Of a stretch of 64,000 bases of DNA, positions 39,522 through 50,247 are shown one piece after another. Position 1 is the stretch's first letter; each line of letters opens with the position of its first letter. Source of the stretch: an uncultured Chloroflexia bacterium (GTDB lineage: Bacteria; Chloroflexota; Limnocylindria; Limnocylindrales; CSP1-4); assembly GCA_963766735.1 (NCBI GenBank), contig CAVYBU010000006.1, positions 96,001 to 160,000 on the forward strand, in the 5' to 3' direction. Position numbers and translations under genes: made by a program. Under the pieces are notes generated by a model, which was not told the origin of the DNA, made no database searches, and saw only the letters and a program-made list of their open reading frames with translations.

Positions 39522-39980
39522 ATGCCGCTCTGGCGCTGTCCCCACTGCGGGACCCCGCAGGTCGAGAGCTCGCGCTGCTGGGTCTGCCGGCGTTCGACCA
39601 CGTCGTGCGCCGCGTGCCGCCACTTCCGCCGCGGCGTCGCGGGTGGGCTGGGCGTCTGCGGGCTCGACCCACGCCGCCTGGCGCTGCGGGGCTCCGAGAT
39701 GCGAGCCTGCTGGGAGGCGGCCACCACCACCGGCTCGCTCGGGCCCGTCGCCCCGAGGCCCGGAAGCCCCGAGATGATCCCGGTGATGGCCGCGGCCTCG
39801 TTCCCCGCCGACCGACCGGTTCGAACGTTCGTTCCGGTTGTCACGGGCGAACCGGCCGCGGACAGGCAGTTCGCTGGGTTCCCGGTCCAGGCCACGTTCG
39901 AGGATGAAACGCCCGTTCCGGCGGTCAGGCCGCGGCGGATCCCCGGCTACTGGTCGCTCTGGGGCGACTTCGAGCCCTAG
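39522..39980 (+). CDS. Cys-rich hypothetical protein (Zn-ribbon-like)
   Basis: CPHC, CWVC, CAAC and two further Cys. Confidence 0.75.
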   Translation: MPLWRCPHCGTPQVESSRCWVCRRSTTSCAACRHFRRGVAGGLGVCGLDPRRLALRGSEMRACWEAATTTGSLGPVAPRPGSPEMIPVMAAASFPADRPVRTFVPVVTGEPAADRQFAGFPVQATFEDETPVPAVRPRRIPGYWSLWGDFEP

Positions 39981-40007
39981 GCTCAGTGTTGGCGGCGGGT
40001 GCTTCCG

Positions 40008-41879
40008 TCAGGGGGTGCAGGTCCCCACGACCGCCGGGTCCTCAAAGTCGAGCTTGATCGGCGTGCCGGCCGGGTTCTTGGTGCCCGCCGCGGGCGACTG
40101 GCTCGTCACGATCCAATCCGCCGGAACCGGGTCGGGATTGAGCGTCCCGAGGCTGAACCCGTCGTCGTCGATCGTCGTCGTGGCCTTGTCGAGCTTCATG
40201 CACTTGTAGTTGCCCACGTTGGCCGGCGCCGGCGTCGGCGTCGGTGTGGGCGGCGGGGTCGGCGGCGGAGTGGGGCTCGGTGTCGGGCTCGGGGTGGGTG
40301 TGGGCGTCGGGCTCGGGGTGGGCTCAGGCCCCATCGAGACGACGTAGGCCACCGGCGACTCGGGCGCCATCAGCTGGCCGGGTCCGGGTGACTGGTCGAT
40401 GACGGACCCGAGCGGGACCTGCGGGTCGAAGGCCTCTGAGCGCGATCCCACGACGAGGCCCTCGCTGACGATCAGCTGCAGCGCCTCGGCCTCGGTCAGG
40501 CCGCTGAGGTCCGGAACGGCGACCGCGACCTTTCCCCGCGCGAGGATCAGCTTGATCTCGGCACCCTCGGCCACGAGGGCACCTTCGACGGGAGTCTGCT
40601 TGAGGACCGTCTCCGGTTCGACGTCCGCCCGCTCCTCGGTGCCATCGATGACGACGACCAGCCCGAGCTCCTTGGCGGCAACGTCGGCATCGGCATACAG
40701 CATGTCCACGAAGCTGGGGACCGTCACTTCGGCGGCCGCGCTGGGCGACGGCTCGTCCCGACCGCCGGTCAGTGTCTGGAACAGGAGGAAGCCAACGACG
40801 ATCAGGATGCCGACGCCCAGCAGTCCTGCGACCCAGGCCCACGGGGACCCACCCGTCGGCTCATCGTCGGAGATGGGCGGGGGAGGCGGCGCACCCGTCG
40901 TGGACACGGAAGGAGTGGACGACGCCGAGCGGGCGTACGCGTCGGGCGGGTAGGGCACGGGGTTCGGACGAGCCTGGGCGGACGCGACGGTCGCGGCAGC
41001 CGCGGTGGCGGCAGCCGCGCCCGCGGCGGACGCTCCGGCGGCGGTGGCACTGCTGGGATCCGCGAGATACCCCTCCAGGGCGCTGGCCATGGCGGCGGCA
41101 GTCGCATAGCGGGCGGCCGGATCCAGGGCCATCGCGCGCTGGACGACGGTGTCCAGCTGTGCCGGCACGCCGGCACGCAGGGACGAGGGGCGCGGCGGCG
41201 TGGTCGTGAGCCGGGCAAGGGCAACCGCGGCGGCACCATCGCCTGAGAACGGGCGCTGTCCGGTCAGCGTCTCGAACAGGACGATGCCCAGGGCGTAGAT
41301 GTCGGAGGCGACCGTCGCCGGCTCGCCGCGGGCCTGCTCCGGGCTGAAGTAGTGGACGGATCCCATCGTGACGCCCGGCATCGTCAGCTGGGACTCGGCG
41401 AGGGCACGCGCGATGCCGAAGTCGGCAACCTTCACGCGGCCGTCGCGACCGACGAGGACGTTGGACGGCTTGACGTCCCGGTGGACGATCCCGCGGACAT
41501 GCGCGGCGTGCAGCGCCTTCGCGACCTCCACGGAAACCCGCGCGGCCTGCCGGGGGGCCAGGGGACCGTTCTCCCGGAGGATGGCGCCAAGATCCTGGCC
41601 GTCCACCAGCTCCATGACGATGTACGGGCCGGATGCGTCCTCGCCAAAGTCGAAGACGGCCACGATGTTCGGGTGGTTGAGCGACGCGGCGGCACGCGCC
41701 TCGTCCCGGAACCGGGCGAGGAAGTCCGGGTCCTTGCCGAACTCCGGGCGGAGGAGCTTCACGGCAACATCCCGCTCGAGCTGCGCGTCGCGCGCCCGGT
41801 AGATGGTGGCCATGCCGCCCTGTCCGAGGAGCTCCAGGAGGCGGTAACGACCGCCGAGCGTGCTCCCGATCTCCGTCAC
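40008..41879 (-). CDS. pknB: PASTA-domain Ser/Thr protein kinase (PknB/Stk1 family)
   Basis: LGQGGMA, VAVK, HRDVKPSN, DFG, SPEQ; TM; PASTA repeats. Confidence 0.93.
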   Translation of the reverse strand: MTEIGSTLGGRYRLLELLGQGGMATIYRARDAQLERDVAVKLLRPEFGKDPDFLARFRDEARAAASLNHPNIVAVFDFGEDASGPYIVMELVDGQDLGAILRENGPLAPRQAARVSVEVAKALHAAHVRGIVHRDVKPSNVLVGRDGRVKVADFGIARALAESQLTMPGVTMGSVHYFSPEQARGEPATVASDIYALGIVLFETLTGQRPFSGDGAAAVALARLTTTPPRPSSLRAGVPAQLDTVVQRAMALDPAARYATAAAMASALEGYLADPSSATAAGASAAGAAAATAAAATVASAQARPNPVPYPPDAYARSASSTPSVSTTGAPPPPPISDDEPTGGSPWAWVAGLLGVGILIVVGFLLFQTLTGGRDEPSPSAAAEVTVPSFVDMLYADADVAAKELGLVVVIDGTEERADVEPETVLKQTPVEGALVAEGAEIKLILARGKVAVAVPDLSGLTEAEALQLIVSEGLVVGSRSEAFDPQVPLGSVIDQSPGPGQLMAPESPVAYVVSMGPEPTPSPTPTPTPSPTPSPTPPPTPPPTPTPTPAPANVGNYKCMKLDKATTTIDDDGFSLGTLNPDPVPADWIVTSQSPAAGTKNPAGTPIKLDFEDPAVVGTCTP

Positions 41880-41933
41880 AGTGTGCTCGTCTCCCTCTTC
41901 GGTTGCGATGGTCCGTCGCAGCGGACGCATCCT

Positions 41934-41981
41934 AGCGCGCGGGCGGTCTGGCCGCCGAGCGCGCGGGCGGTCTGGCCGCCG
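41934..41981. repeat. 24-bp tandem duplication, each unit with an internal hairpin
   Basis: AGCGCGCGGGCGGTCTGGCCGCCG x2 between galU and pknB. Confidence 0.85.
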
Positions 41982-41982
41982 G

Positions 41983-42861
41983 TCAGATGTCCAACGTGTG
42001 CAGGTAGTCGCGGAAGGCGCCGCCGAACTCGGGGCGGGCGAGCGCCATCTCCACCGACGCCTGGAGCCAGCCCATCGTGGTGCCGGCGTCGTAGCGGACC
42101 CCCTCGAACGCGTAGCCGAACACGCTCTGCTCGTCCATCAGCGCGTGGATCGCGTCGGTGAGCTGGATCTCGCCCCCGGACCCGCGCTGCGTCTGCTCCA
42201 GCTTCTCGAAGATCTTCGGCGTCAGGACGTACCGCCCGATGACGGCCAGGTTGGATGGGGCCTCCTCCGGGCTCGGCTTCTCCACCACCTCCGTGATGCG
42301 GTACGTCCGATCGCGGTCCGGCCCATCGGTGACACGCTCGCCGCCGATGACGCCGTAGCGGGGCGTGTCTTCGTGCGGGACCTCCATGACCGCGACCACG
42401 GAGCCGTGATGCTGGTGGTAGGCGTGGATCAGCTGGCCGATGCACGGACGGTCCGAGACCACCACGTCGTCCGGCAGGATCACTGCGAACGGCTCGTTTC
42501 CGATCAGGTCCTTCGCCATCAGGACAGCGTGCCCGAGGCCCAGCTGCTCCTTCTGGCGGATGTAGGCGATCTGCGCGAGGTCGCTGATGTGCCGGACCTG
42601 GCGCAGCTTCTCGATCTCGCCCTTCTCCTCGAGCAGGTGCTCCAGCTCGAAGTTGAGATCGAAGTGGTCCTCGATCGCCCGCTTCTGCGAGGAGGTGACG
42701 ATGATGACCTGCTCGATGCCGGCGGCGACCGCCTCCTCGACGGCGTACTGGATGACGGGTTTGTCGACGAGGGGGAGCATCTCCTTCGGCTGGGCCTTCG
42801 TGGCCGGCAGGAAGCGGGTACCCCAGCCGGCGGCAGGGAAGACAGCTTTTCGGACGCGCAT
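41983..42861 (-). CDS. galU: UTP--glucose-1-phosphate uridylyltransferase
   Basis: KAVFPAAGWGTRFLPATKAQPKEML, LGLGHAV, VEKP, GEIQLTDA. Confidence 0.96.
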   Translation of the reverse strand: MRVRKAVFPAAGWGTRFLPATKAQPKEMLPLVDKPVIQYAVEEAVAAGIEQVIIVTSSQKRAIEDHFDLNFELEHLLEEKGEIEKLRQVRHISDLAQIAYIRQKEQLGLGHAVLMAKDLIGNEPFAVILPDDVVVSDRPCIGQLIHAYHQHHGSVVAVMEVPHEDTPRYGVIGGERVTDGPDRDRTYRITEVVEKPSPEEAPSNLAVIGRYVLTPKIFEKLEQTQRGSGGEIQLTDAIHALMDEQSVFGYAFEGVRYDAGTTMGWLQASVEMALARPEFGGAFRDYLHTLDI

Positions 42862-42968
42862 CGAACCTCTCGGACGGGGGGAAGGAGCCAGCCCAGTATA
42901 CCCGTCACCTTCTCGCAACCATCGTGGGCCGCCCGGGATGTGGTGGCTGCGGGCCGGGGCGCCGCTGG

Positions 42969-43748
42969 TCAGGAGCGACCGGCAACCCCGTCCACGAAGC
43001 GTGCGACATGCCCGGAGAAGATCCGCGGCTGATCGAGGCTGGAGAGGTGCATGGCCCACGGGATGACGACCCGGCGGCCCTGCCGACAGGACGCAGCCCA
43101 CAGGTCGCCACCGGGCGCGAACACCGGGTCCAGCGCCCCGTTGATGATCAGGACGGGCGTCCACAACCGGCCGAGCCGCTCCAGGACCCGGCGGCCCACC
43201 AGGGACCGGACCGCGCGCGCGCCACCTGCGGGCCAGAAGCCGCCGGCGATGATCGGCTCGGCGATCGATCGGCGGTACCGGAGCCGGAAGAACCCGACAT
43301 TGAGCAGCTGGAGGACGCGCTGCGGCAGGTGCTCCAGGGCCCGGGCAAAGGCGCGGAACGGGAGCGCCATGAATCCGAGGGCCTCGCCAGAGCATCCCGC
43401 GAGCACCAGGCCCGCGACGCGGTCCGGAGCCGCATCCGCCACCTCGATGGCGACGAACCCGCCCAGGGAGAGCCCCACGAGGACCGCCCGTCCGGACGGC
43501 ACCTCGGCTTCGATGGCGGCGATCACGCCTGCCCGCGCGGCCTCGATCGACCACGGTTCGCCACCACGCTCGCCATGTCCGGGCAGGTCCACCGCAACGC
43601 ACCGGTACCGCGCGGAGAGGCGTCGCAGCTGCGGGCGCCACTGGCTGCGCGACAGTCGCGTCCCGTGCAGGAACACGATCGCGGGCGCATCGCGGGGACC
43701 GACCGCTGTCCAGGGACCGTGTCCGGTCGTGGCCGGGGCATCATTCAT
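42969..43748 (-). CDS. alpha/beta hydrolase
   Basis: FLHG, DLPGHG, GLSLGG, GALD, C-terminal His. Confidence 0.9.
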   Translation of the reverse strand: MNDAPATTGHGPWTAVGPRDAPAIVFLHGTRLSRSQWRPQLRRLSARYRCVAVDLPGHGERGGEPWSIEAARAGVIAAIEAEVPSGRAVLVGLSLGGFVAIEVADAAPDRVAGLVLAGCSGEALGFMALPFRAFARALEHLPQRVLQLLNVGFFRLRYRRSIAEPIIAGGFWPAGGARAVRSLVGRRVLERLGRLWTPVLIINGALDPVFAPGGDLWAASCRQGRRVVIPWAMHLSSLDQPRIFSGHVARFVDGVAGRS

Positions 43749-43770
43749 CGTCGTCAGCATAGCCCGGTGG

Positions 43771-44817
43771 TCAGGGAGGCCCCGCGCGCTCCCGTCGAGC
43801 CGTGGCCAGGCGGACGGAGGTGAACGGTATCCGGAACTCGCGGAAGACCTCCGACGAGACGAGGAACCCGGCCAGGAGGAAGACGACGCCCAGCAGCTTG
43901 CCGATCCCGAACAGCTCCGTGGAGCCGGCGCGATTGAGCGAGTCGGCGATGGTGGGAAAGAACGCGCCGAGGGCAATCAGGATCGTGGCGGGCACCCGCG
44001 AGTGCAGCCTGCCGGCGACAAGGTCCCGGCCCGCGGCCGGCAGCGAGGCCACGAGGTTGACCGCGATCGCCACCGGAGCGATGCACAGGTTGAACAGGAA
44101 CTGGTCGCCGGGCTGGTTGGGGTCCAGCGAGTACGGCAGAACGCGCTTCTTGGGCATGAACGTGTACGTGGAGAACACCGCGCCCAGCAGCAGCGACAGG
44201 GCCCCCGGGATGTTCATCACGGGGGTGAGCAGCCGGAGATAGCCCGGCATCGCGTCACCCACGGGCTGGCCTGTTGCGGGGTCCAGCGCGTAGCCGGGCG
44301 CGGATAGCGGGGGCATCACGACGGTCAGAACCGTCGCCAGCACGGTCACGGCGATGATCGCGCCCGCGGCAAAGCGCGGCCACCGCTCGTTGCCAAAGTA
44401 GGTCTCCATCCCGATCGCCAGGGCCAGGATGACCGTGCCGATGAGGTAGAGGAGCGGCAGCGGCCCCGCGCCCGCGTAGGCGGGGCTGTTGCGGATCATC
44501 AGCGCCACGATGCCCGACAGCAGGAGCAGGACCGCGTACGTGTAGCCGAAGCGGGTCCGGCCCAGCAGGAACGCCGTCCCCAGGCCCAGCCAGGCGGCCG
44601 TCAGCACGGCCCCCGCCAGGTACCAGGCCCGGTACAGGGTCTCGCTCCAGCCGGAGGCGGCGGCCAGGGCCTCCGAACCCGAACCAACGGCGTAGCACAG
44701 CATCCCGAACGCCCACACCAGCTGGAAGCCGTGCCGCCGGTCCCGCCACTGGTCCAGCAGCAGCACGGCGAACAGGAGGGCCAGCAGCGAGGTGACGGTG
44801 GGCAGGAGGACGGACAC
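43771..44817 (-). CDS. multi-pass membrane protein of unknown function (paralog B)
   Basis: Collinear with the 21484-22518 product. Confidence 0.88.
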   Translation of the reverse strand: MSVLLPTVTSLLALLFAVLLLDQWRDRRHGFQLVWAFGMLCYAVGSGSEALAAASGWSETLYRAWYLAGAVLTAAWLGLGTAFLLGRTRFGYTYAVLLLLSGIVALMIRNSPAYAGAGPLPLLYLIGTVILALAIGMETYFGNERWPRFAAGAIIAVTVLATVLTVVMPPLSAPGYALDPATGQPVGDAMPGYLRLLTPVMNIPGALSLLLGAVFSTYTFMPKKRVLPYSLDPNQPGDQFLFNLCIAPVAIAVNLVASLPAAGRDLVAGRLHSRVPATILIALGAFFPTIADSLNRAGSTELFGIGKLLGVVFLLAGFLVSSEVFREFRIPFTSVRLATARRERAGPP

Positions 44818-44831
44818 GGGCGACGCGGGGG

Positions 44832-45542
44832 TCAGGTTTCGGCCGGGGGCGCTTCGGGCTCGGGCTGGACGACAGACAGCTCCCCGGCAGCAGCCTCGTG
44901 GCCCGCCACGAACGCCAGCAGGAGCCGATCCAGAAGGCCGGTGGACACGTCGTACAGGTCCCCGATCCGGACCGCGTCAACGCCCCTGCGCCGGGTGACC
45001 ATGCTCATCTCCGCGAGGAACGGCCGTCGAGCGGACACGAACATCGCGACCCCATCCGCGAGCGGCACCCCGTTGAGCGCGAGCCGCTCTCCCAGGTGGG
45101 TGGCGAGGTCGACGGCGTCGCGCTCCGCCATCGCGCGGGCAGGCCCGGTCTCGTCCAGGTGGCGAACCAGGGCATCGACCAGGCGGCGGCCCGTCTCGCG
45201 AAACGACTCCCGCTCGGCGGCAGGGACATAGGCACGCGGGTCCAGACCGCTCCCGTGGGACTCGCCGTAGCGACGGCGGTACGCTGCGCTCAGGCGGTCC
45301 TGGCTGGCGCCCAGCCCGGCGAGGCCGTTGGCGGGGCCGGTCCGCCTGGATGCGATCAGGCGCTCGAGCGCCCGTCGATCGAAGCGACGATGGCCGCCGG
45401 GCGTGGTGAACGCGGGCACGCGACCCTCGTCCGCCCAGCGGCGCAGGGTGTCGGGGTCCACCCCCAGCAGGCGGCTCGCCGCACCCAGTGCGAGGCGATC
45501 GGGCAGCGGGCGGTCGTCGGGCAGCGGGCGGTCGTCGGACAC
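44832..45542 (-). CDS. MerR/excisionase-like HTH regulator with all-helical C-terminal domain
   Basis: ASRLLGVDPDTLRRWADEG..TPGGHRRF; 18-bp tandem repeat (DDRPLP x2) at 45501-45536. Confidence 0.85.
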   Translation of the reverse strand: MSDDRPLPDDRPLPDRLALGAASRLLGVDPDTLRRWADEGRVPAFTTPGGHRRFDRRALERLIASRRTGPANGLAGLGASQDRLSAAYRRRYGESHGSGLDPRAYVPAAERESFRETGRRLVDALVRHLDETGPARAMAERDAVDLATHLGERLALNGVPLADGVAMFVSARRPFLAEMSMVTRRRGVDAVRIGDLYDVSTGLLDRLLLAFVAGHEAAAGELSVVQPEPEAPPAET

Positions 45543-45728
45543 GGGATCTCCGGATGGGGCTCCGGGGCCATGGTCACGCGAGCACAGAACCTGAGTAAAT
45601 CTGGGTATGGTTGGCCGACCGGACCGGGCGAGTGTAGGAGCGGTCGGACCGGGCGTCAAACGAGGCCAACTGGAGCCGGGGTCGGGTCGACGACCGGCCG
45701 GCGCCCGTCAGGCGGGCACGGGCGAACG

Positions 45729-46082
45729 TCAGGCGGGCACGAACTCGTGATCGTCCCGGTGGAGCCCATCACACAGCCCCCAGGCGGGCGGTTCGCCCGG
45801 CAACGGGACGGGGCGCATGATCTCGCGTACCTCGCCGCGACGGCAGAACAGGTGACCGCGCTCGGCCATCCAGCGGCGAACGCACGCTGGGTCCGAGTGG
45901 AACTGGTGCGGGCCTGGGTTGAGCGGCGTGGACTCCGCCCAGCCAACCGCCACCTCGGGAGCGACGATGTCCAGGAGGCTCACGCGCCACGGCGTCCCCG
46001 GGATGGTCTCCCGGCAGCCGTCACACCGGATCGCGAGGTTGTCGTTGACGATCGTACGGATCGTCACACCCATGATCTCCAT
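45729..46082 (-). CDS. small Cys/His-rich hypothetical protein
   Basis: CDGC, FHSDPAC, FCRR, LCDGLH..H; GGAGG RBS. Confidence 0.75.
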   Translation of the reverse strand: MEIMGVTIRTIVNDNLAIRCDGCRETIPGTPWRVSLLDIVAPEVAVGWAESTPLNPGPHQFHSDPACVRRWMAERGHLFCRRGEVREIMRPVPLPGEPPAWGLCDGLHRDDHEFVPA

Positions 46083-46112
46083 CGCCTCCGAGAATAGCAG
46101 GAGGGACGATGC

Positions 46113-47111
46113 TCAGGGCATCACGTCGGGCACGGTCCTGGGCGGCAGACGGCGGGCCAGGGAGATCGCGACGGGTGCCAGGTGGCGGGCCCAGAAGCGG
46201 CCGGCCTCGCCGTTCGCGGCCTCGTGGTCAGCCGCGCAGCGCACGTACCCGCCGTCGCGCGCCCACGCGACCGCCGCGCCCAGGAGCGCGCTGGCGACGC
46301 CCCGGCCACGGGTGGTCGGGATCGTGTAGGCCGCGGTGATGCTGGCCGTTCCCGGGTCACGGACGATGGTCGCCACGTCGTCGGCGGAGGGGCCGATGCG
46401 CAGGTAGGCGATGGGCTGGTCGTCCGCGAACGCGACGAACGTGGCGCTCGCAGGATCCTCCAGCCGGCGACGCTGGATCTCCAGGACCGGGGCACTCGGG
46501 GTGCGCAGGAACACGGGCGAGGCCCGCAGGTGCCGGACAAGCCCCGCGTGGAGCTCGAGGACAGCGGCCGCATCGGCCGGGGATACGCGCCGGATGGTGA
46601 CGCCCAACGGGACGTCCGCCCCGGCCAGGGGCGACACGTCGCGGACCAGGTCCACGACGTGGGGAGCGAACCCCAGCCGGCCGAATGCTGCCAGTGCGGG
46701 CGCGTCGTCGGCGAGGACGGTGACCACGTGCTCCACGCACGCCGCGCGGACCCAGCCGTCGGCCAAGGAAGCGTAGAGACGTTCCACGACGCGCTCGACG
46801 TCCAGCGATCCGCCCGCCGCCATGCCGGCCGTCGCGTGCCCGATGTCCGGCGTGTAGGCCCAGCGGCTGCCGTGCCCATCGAGCAGCGTGGCCGCCTGGA
46901 AGCCCACGAGCTCACCCCCGGCGAGCAGTGCGGCGCCGTTGCCACGCTCCGCGAGGGCGCGGGTCAGCCGTTCCACGACGGCCGTATCGGACCACGCGGC
47001 CGGCAGGACGGGGACGGCCAGGCGCATGCGGCGCACGCCGACCGTGACGAGGGCCGCGGCAGCCGCGGCATGGGACGCGTCGAGCGGCACGACGGCAAGG
47101 GCACGGGTCAT
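46113..47111 (-). CDS. GNAT family acetyltransferase (tandem-like)
   Basis: RGRGVASALL, AN..A.RFW. Confidence 0.85.
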   Translation of the reverse strand: MTRALAVVPLDASHAAAAAALVTVGVRRMRLAVPVLPAAWSDTAVVERLTRALAERGNGAALLAGGELVGFQAATLLDGHGSRWAYTPDIGHATAGMAAGGSLDVERVVERLYASLADGWVRAACVEHVVTVLADDAPALAAFGRLGFAPHVVDLVRDVSPLAGADVPLGVTIRRVSPADAAAVLELHAGLVRHLRASPVFLRTPSAPVLEIQRRRLEDPASATFVAFADDQPIAYLRIGPSADDVATIVRDPGTASITAAYTIPTTRGRGVASALLGAAVAWARDGGYVRCAADHEAANGEAGRFWARHLAPVAISLARRLPPRTVPDVMP

Positions 47112-47180
47112 GAGACAAGGATGCCGAGTCGGCGCAACCGGCGTCGAGTCACCGAGTGCGTCCTCAAGCGGTGCGGGAGG

Positions 47181-47257
47181 TGGTACCCCCAAGGGGATTC
47201 GAACCCCTGATCTCCACCTTGAAAGGGTGGCGTCCTAGGCCTCTAGACGATGGGGGC
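47181..47257 (-). tRNA. tRNA-Glu (TTC)
   Basis: GCCCCCA...CCACC-CT-TTC-AA-GGTGG...GGTTCGAATCC...TGGGGGT-A-CCA cloverleaf; TACACT -10 upstream. Confidence 0.97.
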
Positions 47258-47365
47258 CCGTGCCCGCGTGGGGCCGGCCGAGTGTACCAGAGGGGGTTCT
47301 CGGCCCCGGCCGGCGCGTCACCCTGCCGGGCCGGCGCATCCAGGCATCCGTCCGTCAAGACCGCC

Positions 47366-47767
47366 TCAGGCGCCGGGCGTGCCTCGCCAGATGAGGCTCG
47401 CGATCCACGCGGCGGCCAGGGACATCAGGGCTGCGATGGCAAACAGCCCTCCCAGCAGGGCCGTCAGCACCGCGGCCCCATCCCTGCCCTCGCGGCCGGC
47501 CCGCGCGACCGCCGCGACCGACAGGACCGCAGTTGCGGCGAAGACGAGCCCGCAGGTCGCGAAGCCGGTCGCCATCAGCGGCACCTGGAGATGGTCTCGG
47601 ACCAGCACCGACCAGGCGAGGAACCCAAGACCCCCTGCAAGCGCGACGAGCAGCATCACCCGAACGGGTGTGATCCGGATCGGCCCGACATGGTGCCCTG
47701 CACGACGGCGGCCCGACGGATCCCGCGGCACGGCGTGCGAGCGGGCGTCGTACTGGTGGCGGCTCAT
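47366..47767 (-). CDS. small membrane protein (3 TM)
   Basis: Hydrophobic helices; TACGCT 7 nt upstream of ATG. Confidence 0.78.
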   Translation of the reverse strand: MSRHQYDARSHAVPRDPSGRRRAGHHVGPIRITPVRVMLLVALAGGLGFLAWSVLVRDHLQVPLMATGFATCGLVFAATAVLSVAAVARAGREGRDGAAVLTALLGGLFAIAALMSLAAAWIASLIWRGTPGA

Positions 47768-47802
47768 CGCGGCGAGCGTAGCAGGGCGGGGCTGGCCGTG
47801 GC

Positions 47803-48438
47803 CTACTCGACCACTCCGGCCGGTGCCTCGCCACCCCGCCAGCGGTGATAGACCGCAACGTTCCAGGCGAGTCGCGGCCGCTTGAGCGCAGCGCCGGCCG
47901 CGACTCCCCGCTCCCCGAAGGCATCCGCCAGAAGGTCCTGCGCCTCCTCGACCGTGGCGAACGTCCAGAAGCAGTGCAGCACGCGGATCTTGAACCCGCC
48001 ACCCGCCAGGAACGGGCCGTCACGCCGGCCCCACGAGGCGTACTCGGGCGCGTCGGCGTCGCGCAGGGCGGAGACGTCGTCGCGCCCGTAGTCGTGGACG
48101 ACCAGCAGGCGCCCGCCCGGGCGCAGCGCCCGGTCGACCTCGGCCAGCTCCGCCCCGTCAACGCCGCGGAACCCGGACCAGAGGCTGACCACCGCGTCCA
48201 GGCTGGCATCGGGCACGTCCAGCCGGAAGGGATCCGCAAGGGGGAGGGCGAGCCCGGTGATGCCCGCCGCGGCAAGCCGATCGAGGAGGGGGCCGGCGGG
48301 CACGTCGATCAGGGCCAGGTCGCGTCCCGCGAGCGGGCCGAGCGCCTCGAGGGCCCGGATGATCTTGCCCTCCACGTCGGCGGCCGCCCTGAGACGTTCG
48401 GCCTGCGGAGCCGCAAGCTGGAACGGTAGGTCTGACAC
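47803..48438 (-). CDS. methyltransferase-fold protein with degenerate SAM motif I
   Basis: DASLDAVVSLW and RALRPGGRLLVV; motif I reads LIDVPAG. Confidence 0.75.
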   Translation of the reverse strand: MSDLPFQLAAPQAERLRAAADVEGKIIRALEALGPLAGRDLALIDVPAGPLLDRLAAAGITGLALPLADPFRLDVPDASLDAVVSLWSGFRGVDGAELAEVDRALRPGGRLLVVHDYGRDDVSALRDADAPEYASWGRRDGPFLAGGGFKIRVLHCFWTFATVEEAQDLLADAFGERGVAAGAALKRPRLAWNVAVYHRWRGGEAPAGVVE

Positions 48439-48499
48439 GTCCCCACGAGCATACGTCGTCGGTTGGCGCCGGACTCACCCAAGTCGGACGGGAGCCGGG

Positions 48500-50047
<1,548 letters not shown>

Positions 50048-50247
50048 GCGGCGGACCTCTGTGCGAGCGGGAACGATACAGGCCGCAGTGCAGGAGAGCC
50101 GCCCCGCCCTGCACCACGCCAGGAGGCGCGCGGGCATCGGCTGTCGGGACCGAGCCGGGTGATGAGGGCAGGAACCCTGCCCGGGCCTGGCCGCCAGGCG
50201 TCGCAGCCGACCCCACCGGCGGGCCCGCCGGTGGCATCATCAGGCGT

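Noticed and set aside
8747-39623. Apparent giant ORFs 8747-11446 (899 aa) and 36246-39623 (1125 aa)
   Set aside because: Only the C-terminal parts are real (DUF2461 from 10745, FolC from 37646); the upstream parts are stop-free shadow sequence, not fusions.
43771-44817. Microbial rhodopsin call from the last-helix Lys
   Set aside because: No RYxDW or DxxxK/SxxxK context, more than seven hydrophobic segments, and the paralog has Glu there.
44832-45542. Excisionase-like HTH as a mobile element, or as a CarH/LitR B12 photoreceptor
   Set aside because: No recombinase nearby; no E/DxH..G cobalamin motif.
47181-47257. tRNA-Glu as an island integration site
   Set aside because: No duplicated tRNA 3' end, integrase or obvious composition shift seen nearby.
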